Assembly (NCBI RefSeq): GCF_003918875.1
Contig: NW_025767212.1
Coordinates: 124,001-188,000 of the forward strand
Source of the DNA: Haliotis rubra
Lineage: Eukaryota
DNA length: 64,000 nucleotides
Direction: 5' to 3'
How positions within the stretch are numbered: position 1 is the first letter of the stretch; every line of letters starts with the position of its first letter. The notes under the pieces are model-generated. The model was not told the origin of the DNA. It worked only from the letters and a program-made list of their open reading frames with translations, and made no database searches. Below, one piece after another: positions 48,545-60,340 of this stretch. Both the position numbers and the translations under genes were made by a program.

Positions 48545-49309
48545 TGTTTATCTGTCATGCACAGCAATATCAGGCCGAAATATCTACTTGCACGTGTTGC
48601 AAAAGAGTTGCAGCATGAAATGAACAGCCATTTTCTATGATGAAAATCCGGACTAATGGTATTATTTACAATCTAGAAGATTTTTTCACTCGCTGCTAGA
48701 TTAGATAGTTCCATGCAGCTAAACATTCTAAATAAGATATATCAAGTTTATTATTCAAATAATATTACGATAGAGAGAAAGAATTTTATAAAAACCCTTA
48801 TTGGGTGAGTTCGTTTTGGTCCGGTTAAAGTTCCTCAATCAAGGGCAGATAACTAAAAACATAATCAGTCAGGTCTGATAACGTTGGTGAGGTTGCTCGA
48901 CCTTCCTCATAACCCTTCATTTATTTGTGAGTGTCATTTCTATCTTCTCTCAGGGTTTGATTTGTGTTGTTGCTTGCTTCACATGTATCATATTGTCACA
49001 TGTAGAACTGAAAACTAACATCTTTTCCCCCGGGTAAGATGAGATACCGCTGTCTCCACTGGCCTCAAGTTACACCCCTTTAATGGCTTAATCATAGGCA
49101 TAAAAAATAATTATCGAAGTTCATTTCCATCAGTTCTTCAGTATTTTATGCAGGGGTATGTTGTTTTACTAATTTTGGAAAGATCTACCCATGAAATAAA
49201 TAATTAGATTAATCCCATATGCAATAAGAAGCTTATATGTCGTCAGCCATGTCAGGTGACATGTGTTTCAATTCATAGGTGAAGAAGCCAGACAGAACAA
49301 ACACACAGG
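48545..49309. promoter_or_regulatory. Putative bidirectional promoter region POLR3B / RTN4IP1
   Basis: Divergent start codons only ~765 bp apart. Confidence 0.6.
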
Positions 49310-52300
49310 ATGCAGTCAATGAGTGGATTATTTTGTCGTAAATGTGCTGAAAGTGTACGTATGTTGCACATGACAAAATTGAGATCCCAAATCTCAAATC
49401 AACACATTCAAAATGTCCACAAGAGCACAAGGTCCAGTATGTCAGCATGGCAGATTCACCAGTATGGAGGAAATGAAGAGTTCACCCTCTCTCGCACAGC
49501 CAAGGTGCCCACTATTCACAGCCCAGAAGAACTACTCATTGAAGTTCATGCTGCCAGTGTTAACCCTATTGATGTTCATATGAGAGGTAGAGCATTCCAA
49601 TACATATTCCTAGTGTCTATGAATTAAGTTCAAATTTATGTTTATATTTGTAAACAGTAAATGTCGTCATAAACGTGCCTGTTCTACCCAGATTGTGGAA
49701 CTGCAATGTTGGTAGTTCCATTCATTGCCCATTTTGTAGTCTCATGAACAATGTGTGTTGTAGGAGGTTATGATGGGGTGATGCTGAGTGAGACGAGGTA
49801 CTTGAGAAATATACAAGTCTCTAGTCTCATGAACAATGTGTGTTGTAGGAGGTTATGGTGAGGTGATGCTGATTGAGACGAGGTACTTGAGAAATAAACA
49901 AGTCTCTAGTCTCATGAACAATGTGTGTTGTAGGAGGTTATGGTGAGGTGAAGCTGAGTGAGACGAGGTACTTGAGAAATAAACAAGTCTCTAGTCTCAT
50001 GAACAATGTGTGTTGTAGGAGGTTATGGTGAGGTGATGCTGAATTCTATGAGGAAACTGCTAGGGAAGCCCAAGTCAGGGAATGAGTTCCCGCTAACCCT
50101 GGGCAGAGACTTCTCTGGGGTGGTGTTGGAGACAGGGAAACGTGTCACTGACTTCAAACCTGGAGATCAGGTGGGATACCTTTTTATCTTTTTGAGTAAT
50201 GATTACTTTCCAAACTTAGGACAAAAGCACCAGTCCATATCGTTTTCTTTTATAAGCAAGTAATATCTTACAATGATAAAGAGTCATTTTTTTCATTTCT
50301 GAATTTTCAATCTCAAAATCATAGGAGAGTTTATTTTGAATGTTGAATAGAATAGAGAGATTTTCCAGTTGTTTGATCAGACCAACCATGTCTGTTGTCC
50401 ATGGACTTACTTCATGGGCCAGTACAGCCATGGGTTAACTAAACATGGACAGAAGCAGTAATTGTTTTTGCAACCTGTTTTCAAAACACATTGTGAACTA
50501 CCAGCTTTATTTAGGAAGCAGCCTTCATTATCTATATAGAACGAATACTTTAGGAATTTAAAAATTAAAAAAATAAGGAATTTAATTTGTTGATTTACTG
50601 TAATGAGTATGCTTCAATAGAAAGGAAAGGCCTTATATTTCTAAGACTGAAGTGACCCCCAGCTATATGTATGTTTCTGCTGCAGGTGTGGGGAGCAGTG
50701 GGAGCTCACAGACAGGGGACCCATGCAGAGCTCCTGGTCACATCACAGAAGGAGGTAGTTACACTTGATGTAATTAGGATCAGATATATCTTCTGATACA
50801 ATATCTCTATGTGATAGGGCTGCAGATGGCACGTTTATCCAAGGCACTGCAAATTTGTACAGAATTGTGTCCCCAAACTTTTGATTGTGGGTTCAAATGA
50901 TTGTTTGCACTGATTATGTTTCTTGGTTTGTTTGCACCATAGTTGTGCTGTTGGGCTTCACCAAAGAGGTAACCATCTGGGACCCACATTAAAGTGTTCA
51001 CTCCGCTCCCAGAATCAACATCTTCTCTCAGTTTCCCAAGTTCGTCTCAAACACTTTGGCCATAGGTCATTCAAATTTGAAGCACCAACCCTATGGAACA
51101 GTCTTCCTACTCCCATAAAAAATGCTTCATCCTTAGAAGCATTCAAATCAGGACTCAAAACCTTCCTCTTCAAAAAAGTCTACAACCTATAACTGCGAAA
51201 TATTCTCATGGTCATTTTGACGAATTGTCATATCTTCCTCTTGAACTCTAGTGACTCTTTTTATATGTAGCGCTTTGAGCATGCTCTGGATGGACTATGG
51301 CGCATAAGAAATATCCATTTATTATTATTATATTATTATTATCACACTGAAGACTTGGTTCGATTCCCCACATGGGTGAAGCCCATTCCTGGTGTCCCTG
51401 CCGGGATATTGCTGGAATATTGCTAAAAGTAGGGTAAATCCCAACTCACTTACTTACTCCCTTTTCCCCCATATTTAGCTGAGTGGCTGTGATTTAACTG
51501 GAATACTGTTCAAACTGGTATTAAACCAACTCACCCTCTCTGAACTGACAAAACCTCCATACAAGATCAACCTGTGTAGATCAGGGTTCCAATATTGATC
51601 TTCAGCAACCCATGCTTGTAAGAGGTGACTAACAGGATCGGGTGGTCAGGCTCGCTGACTTGGTTGACACATGTCATCGATTCCCAACTGCGCAGATTGA
51701 TGCTCATGCTGTTGATCACTGGATTGTCTGGTCCAGACTCAATTATTTACAGACCGCCGCCGCCATATAGCTGGAATGTTGATGAGTGCAGCGTAAAACT
51801 AAACTCACTCACTCCATCCTGGAAAATATGTGCCATTAAATCTTAAATATTTTCAGTACCACTAAATGAAATATTCAGAGCTGCACATCTGATTTTTGTA
51901 AAAGACAACTAAGGGATCGGGTGCACAGGCCCTCGTGTTTTTGCGACGATTAAAGATGTTAAAAAGATATAAAACATTTGAGATGACCCCTGACTCGAAA
52001 TGCTTCACAGTACAATACATTATGACAAGGCCGGACACTTCAGTGTACCCTACCCGCCTGCTTAACATAACCATGGATAATTGGCCTATCGATCAACACT
52101 CATGACACCTACCAATTCTTCATTGTTATTACTACAAGTCGATTGAAACCTGATTTTCACCCTCAACTAAACAATCTTGACACAAATGGATGACAATGTG
52201 TCTGCACATAACAGGGTGTGGTCGAAGCAAGCCCCCTGATTGGTCAGTGCTTGCAAATCTGCACATTCTTTATAAATTTGCGGGAATTTTCCTTTCATCG

Positions 52301-53681
52301 ACTGCTTAATGTAAGCAATGGCTTGTCAAACGAAAGCATCAGTTGGAAATGTCTCCTTAACAAGGCTTGCTTCGACCACCAGGTGGGTAGGATACACCAA
52401 AGTGTCTGGCCTTGTCATAATGTATTGTACTATGTAGCATTTCAAGTCGGGGGCATCTCAAAATAATTTTGTTTTTAAATCTTTAATCTTCGCAAAGACA
52501 TGAGGGCCTGGGATCGGCTGGTCAGACTCGCTAAATGGTTGACACATGTCTTTGTGTCCCAATTGTGTAGATCGATGCTCATGCTGCTGATCACTGGCTT
52601 GTCTGGTCGATTCAATAATTTACAGACCACTGCCATAAAGCTGGAATAAAGTTAAACAACAAACAAAACAATCAAAACTTTCTGAAGATCTGTAGGATTC
52701 TTTCTGCTGTACCTGACACTGACAAATCGCTCCTGAACTTTACATATGCCTATGAACTTGATGTTCGTTTCTGTTATTGTTCAGATATCAAAGAAGCCGA
52801 AGACACTGGACCATCTAGAGGCAGCATCCATTCCCTACGTGGCTGTGACATCATGGACCGCGACTGAGGTGCAAGGAAAGGCAAAGAGGAAAGAGGGAAC
52901 TCAAGGAAAGCAACACTGCAGGGAAGAGGTTGGTAGTAAACTGTGTGCCACACATCATGCAAAGAGGAACACTTTTATGGACAGACAACTTCTTTGTTGC
53001 AGTAGATGCAGAAAGGGCGCTTTCGCGAGAAAGGATGTAGATCCTAACACTGTTATCAAGCAAACGATGATAACAAAGAAGTTGTCTGTCCATAAAAAGT
53101 GTTCCTCTTCATCAGACCAGCTTCTAAATGCCACTTAAGGAAACATCATGCACAGAACTAATGACAATGTTATCATCATTCCATGAAATCCAGGACCCCA
53201 TGTTACCAAAAACCTGCCATCATGACAAATACTGTGTGAAAGTCGATGAAAGTATATGAATACTAAGAAAATTAGTACCTATGTACCTTGTTTTCACTCC
53301 AGTGAGTGTAAAACCCTTTATGAGTTCCGACTTCTTTCACTAAGTTATATTACAAATTGTCTTAAAGAAGTAATATTATTATGTAGTCTGTTTTGCTGAG
53401 AATTAAGAAATATCATTATTTTATTCAATCTCAATCATCAAAGGTAATGTTGATTTTTAAAAATAATGTTCCATATTTTACAGTTACCCCATGTAGCATT
53501 CTTTCAAGAGCTCCTCAAGGGGTTCACTTCAATTTAATGGTGTTTGGTTATGTCTGTGTCAAGTTCAGAATGATTCTCTGTGAGCTTCAACTTCACGACT
53601 AAGTTTTACCCAGTAAGTATATTCACTTTCAGGATCCTTGTTCATGCTGGTTCTGGGGGAATAGGCACATTTTCTATACAG
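49310..53681 (+). CDS. RTN4IP1: Reticulon-4-interacting protein 1 (mitochondrial MDR-family oxidoreductase), 3'-partial; exons 49310-49586, 50019-50170, 50686-50754, 52785-52928, 53633-53681
   Basis: MSAWQIHQYGG...IEVHAASVNPIDVHMRGGYG...FPLTLGRDFSGVV...KPKTLDHLEAASIPYVAVTSW...RILVHAGSGGIGTFSIQ, with a basic N-terminal presequence-like leader. Exon 4 has a garbled purine-rich patch (~52863-52896) causing a frameshift. The remainder of the gene lies beyond the DIRS insertion. Confidence 0.9.
49737..50041. repeat. 85-bp tandem repeat (3.5 units) overlapping RTN4IP1 exon 2 acceptor
   Basis: CTCATGAAC at 49741, 49826, 49911, 49996. Confidence 0.9.
50998..51340 (+). mobile_element. 3' fragment of an L2/CR1-clade LINE
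   Basis: SLRS...FGHRSFKFEAPTLWNSLP...FKSGLKTFLF ORF2 C-terminus, AGCGCTTTGAGCAT stem-loop tail, (TTA)n end. Confidence 0.8.
51341..51459 (+). mobile_element. SINE family A, partial
   Basis: Homology to family consensus. Confidence 0.7.
51570..51814 (+). mobile_element. SINE-like family B, full length
   Basis: Homology to 41323-41568. Confidence 0.8.
51924..52511. mobile_element. MITE with ~135-bp TIRs (MULE-like) inserted in a family B SINE
   Basis: IR 51926-52060/52380-52510; ~9-bp duplication GATCGGGTG/GATCGGCTG; SINE B resumes 52512-52670. Confidence 0.7.
52962..53142 (+). mobile_element. Mini Penelope-like insertion, inverted arms, 10-bp TSD
   Basis: TSD ACATCATGCA 52952-52961/53143-53152; ~36-bp IR; CTTCTAAATGCCACT tail. 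Confidence 0.6.
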
Positions 53682-54503
53682 GTAATTCACTTGCACACAG
53701 TCTTATGATAAAGAAAGAGACGAATATAGAAGTTATAGAGAAATGTGTTTTGGGATGGTAATATCCTGAATTAGGAATAAACATTGTATAAGCAGGTATT
53801 GGTGTTTGGCTAGTGTTCTTACTAAATTGTTTCTCAATTTGTATCCCAAAAGCCATTGAAACCTGTGTCCTGGCATTAGTGGCTAAGCTGTGTGGGTTAC
53901 CACAATTTGCTGTGATAACTTGTGTCCCTATTATAACTCTCAATGGGTGTTTGCACCAACCCCTGTATATGTGTTTCACCAAAGTGGTAGCCATCTTGGA
54001 TCTGGATCACTTGCCACTTTTCTCCCACATCCAGCTGATATGCTGTGATATGATTGAAACTCAGATCAGTGAAACAAAATCTCACTGAACCTTGAGTTGT
54101 ATGCGTCCTACTGCTGTTTGACCGACTCCACAGTGTAGTAGATAAAGCATCTGCAAAGAAGATGGAAGGTTGGGGTTGTTTTTATCTTGTAAAAAGGCTG
54201 CTTGTTTTCCTCCAGGGTGGTCATTCTTCTTCATAGAGATCATCCTTGGGGTACATATTATGCATTTTCCCAGCTGAAAATGTCCTGTGACAGTTGTATC
54301 AATGTTTTTGAATAAAAAGATTGTACAATAAATAAACTTTTTTATTTATTATACGGCCCCCCACCTCGTGGAGTTACCTCCCGTTACGCATGCGCACCAA
54401 CTGGGTAATCACCTAGGCCCGTATCATCATTCCTTCTGCTGTCACTAACGTGTGAGGACGTATGTGTAGAGCAGCGCTATACTCTTCGGAACTCAAGAGA
54501 ATT

Positions 54504-56626
54504 ATGTCTGAGACACCACCTGTATGTATGGTCTTTATCTTGTCCTTGCTAAGGAGCAGTAAAGCTTTGCGGTCGGTTGTTTCATAATTGTGACTTTGTA
54601 TTATTTTACGCTAACTTTCCCGTGGTTTACGCACATGTTGCTCTGCCATGGTGGGAAGTTTAGCGTGCCACATGGTTGTAATATTGCATATTGAACCAAC
54701 TATTTCTTCCCGTGGTAGCCTTCACGTATTTTTCAATGTTTTATACGTGTCTATTAGCTGCTGGTCCGCTGTTAGCTACATGCTTGCGTGTTTGCTTTCA
54801 GGCGTTTTCCTCCTGTTCGGTCTGTGGGCAGAGCATTCCCAGGGCTGACCGCCATGACAAATGCATTGTGTGTCTGGAAAAAACGGACCATATCTCAGAA
54901 ACATGTGAGATATGTATCGGGTTTTCCCCCCGGGCCCAGAAGAGAAGGGCGGCTGATTTTCTCTTTTATAGAGAGATGCGGGAGGCGGGAGGGGAACTGA
55001 CCCAGGTCCCGCCGTCCAAAGCCAAAAAGCCTCGTAGGCAAGGCAAAAAGTCACGCAGCCAGTCGCCTTCTCACGCTCCTAGTAGCGGTTTTGACATGTC
55101 GTTAGCATGCGCAGATGTTCCAGCAGCACGCGGACTCGGATGAGGTCCCTCGTTCATGAGTCGGTTGGAGGGCTCCGGCAGGAGTTCCTCGCCCACTCTG
55201 AGCGTGGGGCGGAGAGTCTGGGGGTGGGATCGCCGAGCCCGGCTCGATCCCTTGGCCTTGAGGCGTCTGTAGATCCGATGCCTCTGGCTTCGGGTCCGGA
55301 CGCCTCGGCTGCCCCGGAGGGGGAGGCTTCGCTCCCAGTCCCCCTCTCGGAGTTGGCGCAGGGTCCGTTGAGGATTCCTGGGGTTCCGTCTCGCGCCGTC
55401 CCCGCGCTCCCATGAGAGCGGAGGCACCAGTTCTGCTTGGTCTGCCTCCAGCGTCTCGGGACCGGGGTCCGTGCGAGATGGCAGGTGCCGACGCAGGGCG
55501 CTCTGTCTGCTCCTCCCTCTCTTCTATGCCTGGTGCTAGGCCGCCAACCGGGTCGGGGTTCGGGTCCTCTTCGCGAGGAGACCCAGCCTCGGACTCGGGC
55601 TCAGTCGCCGAGTCCATGGATACTGGGGAGGTAGAGGAGCAGGAGGGTGCCTTCCGCTTTCCGCTGGCCGCGGCTTTGCGGGAGGTCTGGCAACGCATTG
55701 CCGAGTTCCTACCCCAGGCCGCGGTGCCTGCCAGCCGCACAGACTCGTCTGAGTTCCGCCTGCCAGGCGAGGCGTTTGCCCCTCAGCAGCCTACGCAGAT
55801 GCTGCTCCGTATTCTACCATCGTTGGTCCAGGACGTGGTTGATCCCCTCCTGTCTGGGTCTCACCTCCGGTTCGACTTGCCTGAGCTTGTCCGGAGGTAC
55901 CAGCTGGGGGAGGATTCCCTGTTCGCTGTTCCAGTGGTGGATGAGTGCGTGTTTACTTCGGTCGCCTTAGGGGGAGGCTCGGCTTCCTCCGGAGCAGCTC
56001 CGGCTGCTCAGCAAGGGCGGTTAACACCGTTTGCCCTGGCGAGGCCCCTGCGGCATGCGCATCGGACCTACGCAGGAGGTCTACCGGTTAACACCACCAT
56101 TTGCCATGCTCGCTGGCTTCGCGCGGCATGCGCATCGACCAACGAGGAGGTCTACCGGAATGCCATGCAGCAGGTGCGGGTCGTGGTCCATGAGGCCTAC
56201 CTCGCGAGCGACTCCTTGCGGTCAGCTGCGTCGACGGTGATGTGCGCAGTCATGGGGATGCACAAGCTGTGGCTGTCGACGTCTAGGTACTCGGCAGCTA
56301 CACAGCAGACTTTGCTGGCCCTTCCCTACCGTCTGGGAGCGACGTTGTTTCCTGGGGCCCAGCAGGTCATATGGGAGGCTGCCGCTGCAGCTACCTCCTT
56401 CAAGGACTCTAAGGCCTTGTTGGAGCACCCGCGGGGTTCTCGCCCCCGGGCTCCCGTTCAACCTTCCTCCGCCGGGGTGCAGCCTACACCCGAGTCCGCT
56501 GGCTGGCTTCGGCCGCTCGGTAGGCGGAGGAACCGGTCCGCCAAGGGTAAGGGCAAAGAGCAGTCCTCTTCAACTAGCTCCCAGCCTTTTCGCGGGCGCG
56601 GGAGGTCTGCCCCGACCTCCCGTTAA
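54504..56626 (+). CDS. DIRS gag-like ORF1 (N-terminal Cys/His zinc-finger; frameshifted; predicted intron 54522-54801)
   Basis: CSVCGQ...DRHDKCIVCLEKTDH...CEIC motif typical of DIRS1 gag; continues through ORFs 55107-55415 and 55412-56626 to a basic RGRGR C-terminus. Confidence 0.7.
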
Positions 56627-56649
56627 CCCATCAGGCTGTAGACCCAGCC

Positions 56650-58590
56650 GTGTGTCATTCCCAGTCAGCTCCGCTATTCGGGACCACGAACGCGCTCTTA
56701 CCCAACGTCCCAGTGGGAGTCCGCCTCTCTCTATTCCTGCCGGAGTGGGAGAAGGCTACAAACAACACTTGGGTGCTGGCCACCGTCAGTGTCGGCCATT
56801 TACCATGGTGGAAGCGAGGTCCGCCCGACTTCACCGGCATACGCTGCACTCCGGTGCCGTCATGTCAGGCAAGGGCGGACATATTGCGCGACGAAGTTCA
56901 GGCTTTGCTGGACAAGTCCGCAATCGAGCGCATACCACTGGGCGAGGAACAGGCGGGAGTTTACTCCACGTACTTCCTCGTCCCGAAGAAAGACGGCGGT
57001 TCCGCCCCATTCTCAACCTCAAGGGTTGAATCGCGATGCTCAAGTTCCATCCTTCAAGATGGAGACACTGCGCCGGTGATCTCCTCTGTTCAGCCCGGCG
57101 ATTGGCTCACGCCAATCGACCTCAAGGATGCGTGATCTCAGATGTGCCCATACATCCATCGCTCAAGCAGTACCTTCGGTTCTCTTACGACGGGATGTGT
57201 TACCAATTCACGGTGCTCCCCTTCGGCATATCGACTGCCCCAAGGGTGTTCACCAAGCTCATGTTAGTCCCGGCTACCCTCGCTCGCTCGCAAGGAAGGC
57301 GTTGTTACCCTTACCTCGACGACTGGTTGCTCGGCGCACTAACACAGCCAGCGAGCCTAGATGCTACTCACACGGTGATAGACATTCTAGTTCGACTGGG
57401 GTGGATCATCAACCTCAAGAAATCCGACCTGGTACCCACCCAGGACTTGGTTTTTCTCGGGGTGAGGTTCCAAACACACAAGGATCTCGTTTCCTTGTCG
57501 CCCGACCGGGTCACCAGAGTACGGGAGATGGTGTCTTCGCTCTTTCCCAGCCCCAGGCACCAGCACGGACTTGGCTCCGCCTACTGGGCCATATGGCGGC
57601 GCATTTATCTCTGTAGTGTGGCGGTTGTTGATGATGCGCTCTCTACAGCAAGCTTTGGCGAAGTCTGTGGGCTCACTCGGAGGACCTGGAGCGAGTCTCA
57701 CAGTCCCCGGTGGTTGACACCTCACCTTCAGTGGTGGACCAATGTCGGGAATCTCACCAGGGGATCCCTTGGAAATCCCGACGCCAGCTCTTACAGTTCA
57801 GACCGGCGCGCCCTCACGGGCTGGGGTGTTCTGGGCAGTCTGTCGGTGTCCGGACTCTGGTCGGGAAGTCGGCCCACCTTCACATCAACGTGTTGGAACT
57901 GAGAGCTGTGCGCGGTTGGTTTTCGAAGGCGCTTCCGAGCATGTCCAGGGCCAGGTGGTTCGTCTTCAGTTGGACAACCAGACGGCCATGTCGCACATCC
58001 TGAAGCAAGGCGGCACGGTGTCCCGAAAGGCCCGGGAGACATGGGACTTTCTCCTCTGGTGCGACCAGTGCGATTGTCAGGTACTCCCTGTTTATCTCCC
58101 GGGGCTGGAGAACGTGCGAGCAGACGCTCTCTCTCGCCGGATCCTGGCCCCGCACGAGTGGATGCTCGACAGGCAGATATTCAGAGTTATCTCCCAGTTG
58201 TACGGGTCGTTCCAGGTGGATCTGTTTGCGTCCGGCGGGACGAATCAGACACCCGTGTTCTGCTCTCGAATACCGGACCTGAGGGCGTTGGCTGCCGACG
58301 CCTTCCTGCTGGATTGGACGGGCAAAGTGCTCTGGGCAATCCCACCGTTACCACTCATTCCTCGTGTCCTTTCACAGCTGTCCACCCAGCCAGCTCGGCT
58401 GCTTGTGCTACTGGCACCGCTTTGGCTGTCACAGAGCTGGTTTCCGGTAATTCTCAGGTTTCTGGCTCAGCCTCCTGTTCTATTACCTTTACGACCGGAC
58501 ATTCTCACTCAGAACGGAGCTTCCCCACCCCAATCCAAGGATTCAGTGGGTGGCTTGGCCTCTGTCAGGTCTAGCCTCGAGGCACGCTGA
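56650..58590 (+). CDS. DIRS pol: reverse transcriptase, RNase H and adenine-methyltransferase-like domain (frameshifted)
   Basis: YSTYFLVPKKDGG, IDLKDA, YQFTVLPFGISTAPRVFTK, YLDDWL (57312), HINVLELRAV, QLDNQ, NVRADALSR, then EWMLD...VDLFAS...DAFLLDW...PPLPLI...APLWLSQSWFP. Confidence 0.9.
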
Positions 58591-59625
58591 ATTCTGCAGC
58601 AGTTGCAGACACAATTCTGGCTTCGAGGCGGATTCGGACAAACGCTCAGTATGAGGATAGGTGGTCCCGCTATGCGCGCGCTGGTGTTCAGATAGGGGAT
58701 TGCAGATCCCTTTTCTGCGGATTTAGTCCGAGTATTGGAGTTTTTGCAAGCCCGTTTGGAAGAAGGCCTGGTGGCTTCGACCATTCGTGGCTACTCCACC
58801 GCTATTTCCACTTTTCACACCCCTGTCGATGGTGCTCTTCTGGGGCAGCACCCTCTCGTACAGCGCTTTTTAGCTGGCGCGGATCGGGTTCGACCTGCTG
58901 TCAGGCGAACCAGTCCACCTTGGGATTTGTCAATTGTGCTCGATTGGCTGTCCAGTCCCACTTTCTCACACCTATCAGCTATTTCCATTCAGTTGTTAAC
59001 TTGGAAGGCTGTTTTTCTGGTGGCAGTAACATCTGGGCGTAGGGTTGGCGATTTACATGCTATGTCGTCCGACCCGGCGCTGACTGTGCTTCACACTGAT
59101 CGTCAGTATTCGCCTCCGGATACGCATCACCGAAGGTCGATCACTTTCCATGTGACAGCTCCTATCGAACTTCCCACTCTTACCCAGCCTTCCACATCGG
59201 GGACCTCTGCAACGAGCACTCACCCGTTGGATGTCCGTAGAAGACACTCAAGGTCTATATCAAAGCGAACGCAGGGAATCCGTACGGGTACCCAGCTGTT
59301 CTGTTGTTACGGTGGCGGGAAGGCTGGTGTGCCGGCGAGCAAGCAGACTTTGTCTCGCTGGCTAGTTTCGTGTATTTGTGCCGCTTATCAGGCTAAGGGC
59401 AAGCCTCCCCCTGAGGGGTTGAAGGCTCACTCGGTCAGGGCAGTAGCCGCATCAAAAGCTTTTGCATCGGCACTCCCCATTGAAGAGATCTGCTCTGCCG
59501 CTATTTGGAGCCGGCCTAGCACGTTTATTCGGCATTATCAGCTCGATACACATTCCCATAATCGTGCGAGCTTTGGCCGTTCTGTTCTCTCCAGTGGACA
59601 GTGTCCTGCCACCCTGACCGAGTGA
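58540..59625 (+). CDS. DIRS tyrosine recombinase
   Basis: STIRGYSTAIS, PPWDLSIVL, LVAVTSGRRVGDL (catalytic R), AHSVRAVAAS (HxxR), WSRPSTFIRHY (W, Y). Confidence 0.9.
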
Positions 59626-60340
59626 GTCTTGGTTCATTGGTTTTTGTTGACGCTGCTGGTCAATACTGAGTTTTATTGACATGTCCGCTTCTGGGAGCTA
59701 AATAACCTCATTTCGATCCTCTACGGAGTATTTAGGTCGGTTGTGAGCGTTTTGACATTCCCCCCTACGGGCTCACTAATTGACACAAGGTGGGTGGGGC
59801 TTTGTTTACATTTCGCACCATGTGCGAATTACTATGCGAACCTCTGAGGTCGTCTTTGAGTGCAATCCTCCCTGTCAGTTCTCCTCCCACAATGCCTCTC
59901 GCGGAAACGAAAACTGGGACATGTGACAGGTGAGTGTTATGGCATCTGTTACATTATTCAATTGACGATAGCTATTTGTATGTGCTTGGACAGAATTCCC
60001 TCCTCCCTGGCCTCCGGTCTTTGGGAGTCTGTGTTTATGCATAATATGTACCCCAAGGACGATCTCTATGAAGAAGAATTAACCAAACCTGAAGAGGTTT
60101 TCAATTCTTCGAAGAGAGTCGTCCTTGGGGTAGGGCCTCCCGCCTCCCCGCAATTCTGTTCACTGATTTATTCAGCAGAAGGAATGATGATACGGGCCTA
60201 GGTGATTACCCAGTTGGTGCACATGCGTAACGGGAGGTACCTCCACGAGGTGGGGGACGTATAATAAATAAAAAAGTTTATTTATTGTACAATCTTTTTA
60301 TTCAAAAACATTGATACAACTGTCACAGGACATTTTCAGC

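Larger units (their letters stand above)
54205..60340 (+). mobile_element. DIRS1-type tyrosine recombinase retrotransposon, near full length, in RTN4IP1 intron
   Basis: Inverted terminal repeats 54273-54441 / 60173-60340. ICR 60037-~60150 is complementary to left end 54209-54264. gag, RT/RNaseH/MT and YR ORFs are in DIRS order. GC-rich against an AT-rich background. Confidence 0.93.

Noticed and set aside
55071-55740. Minus-strand ORFs in the DIRS gag region
   Set aside because: GC-rich shadow ORFs without domains
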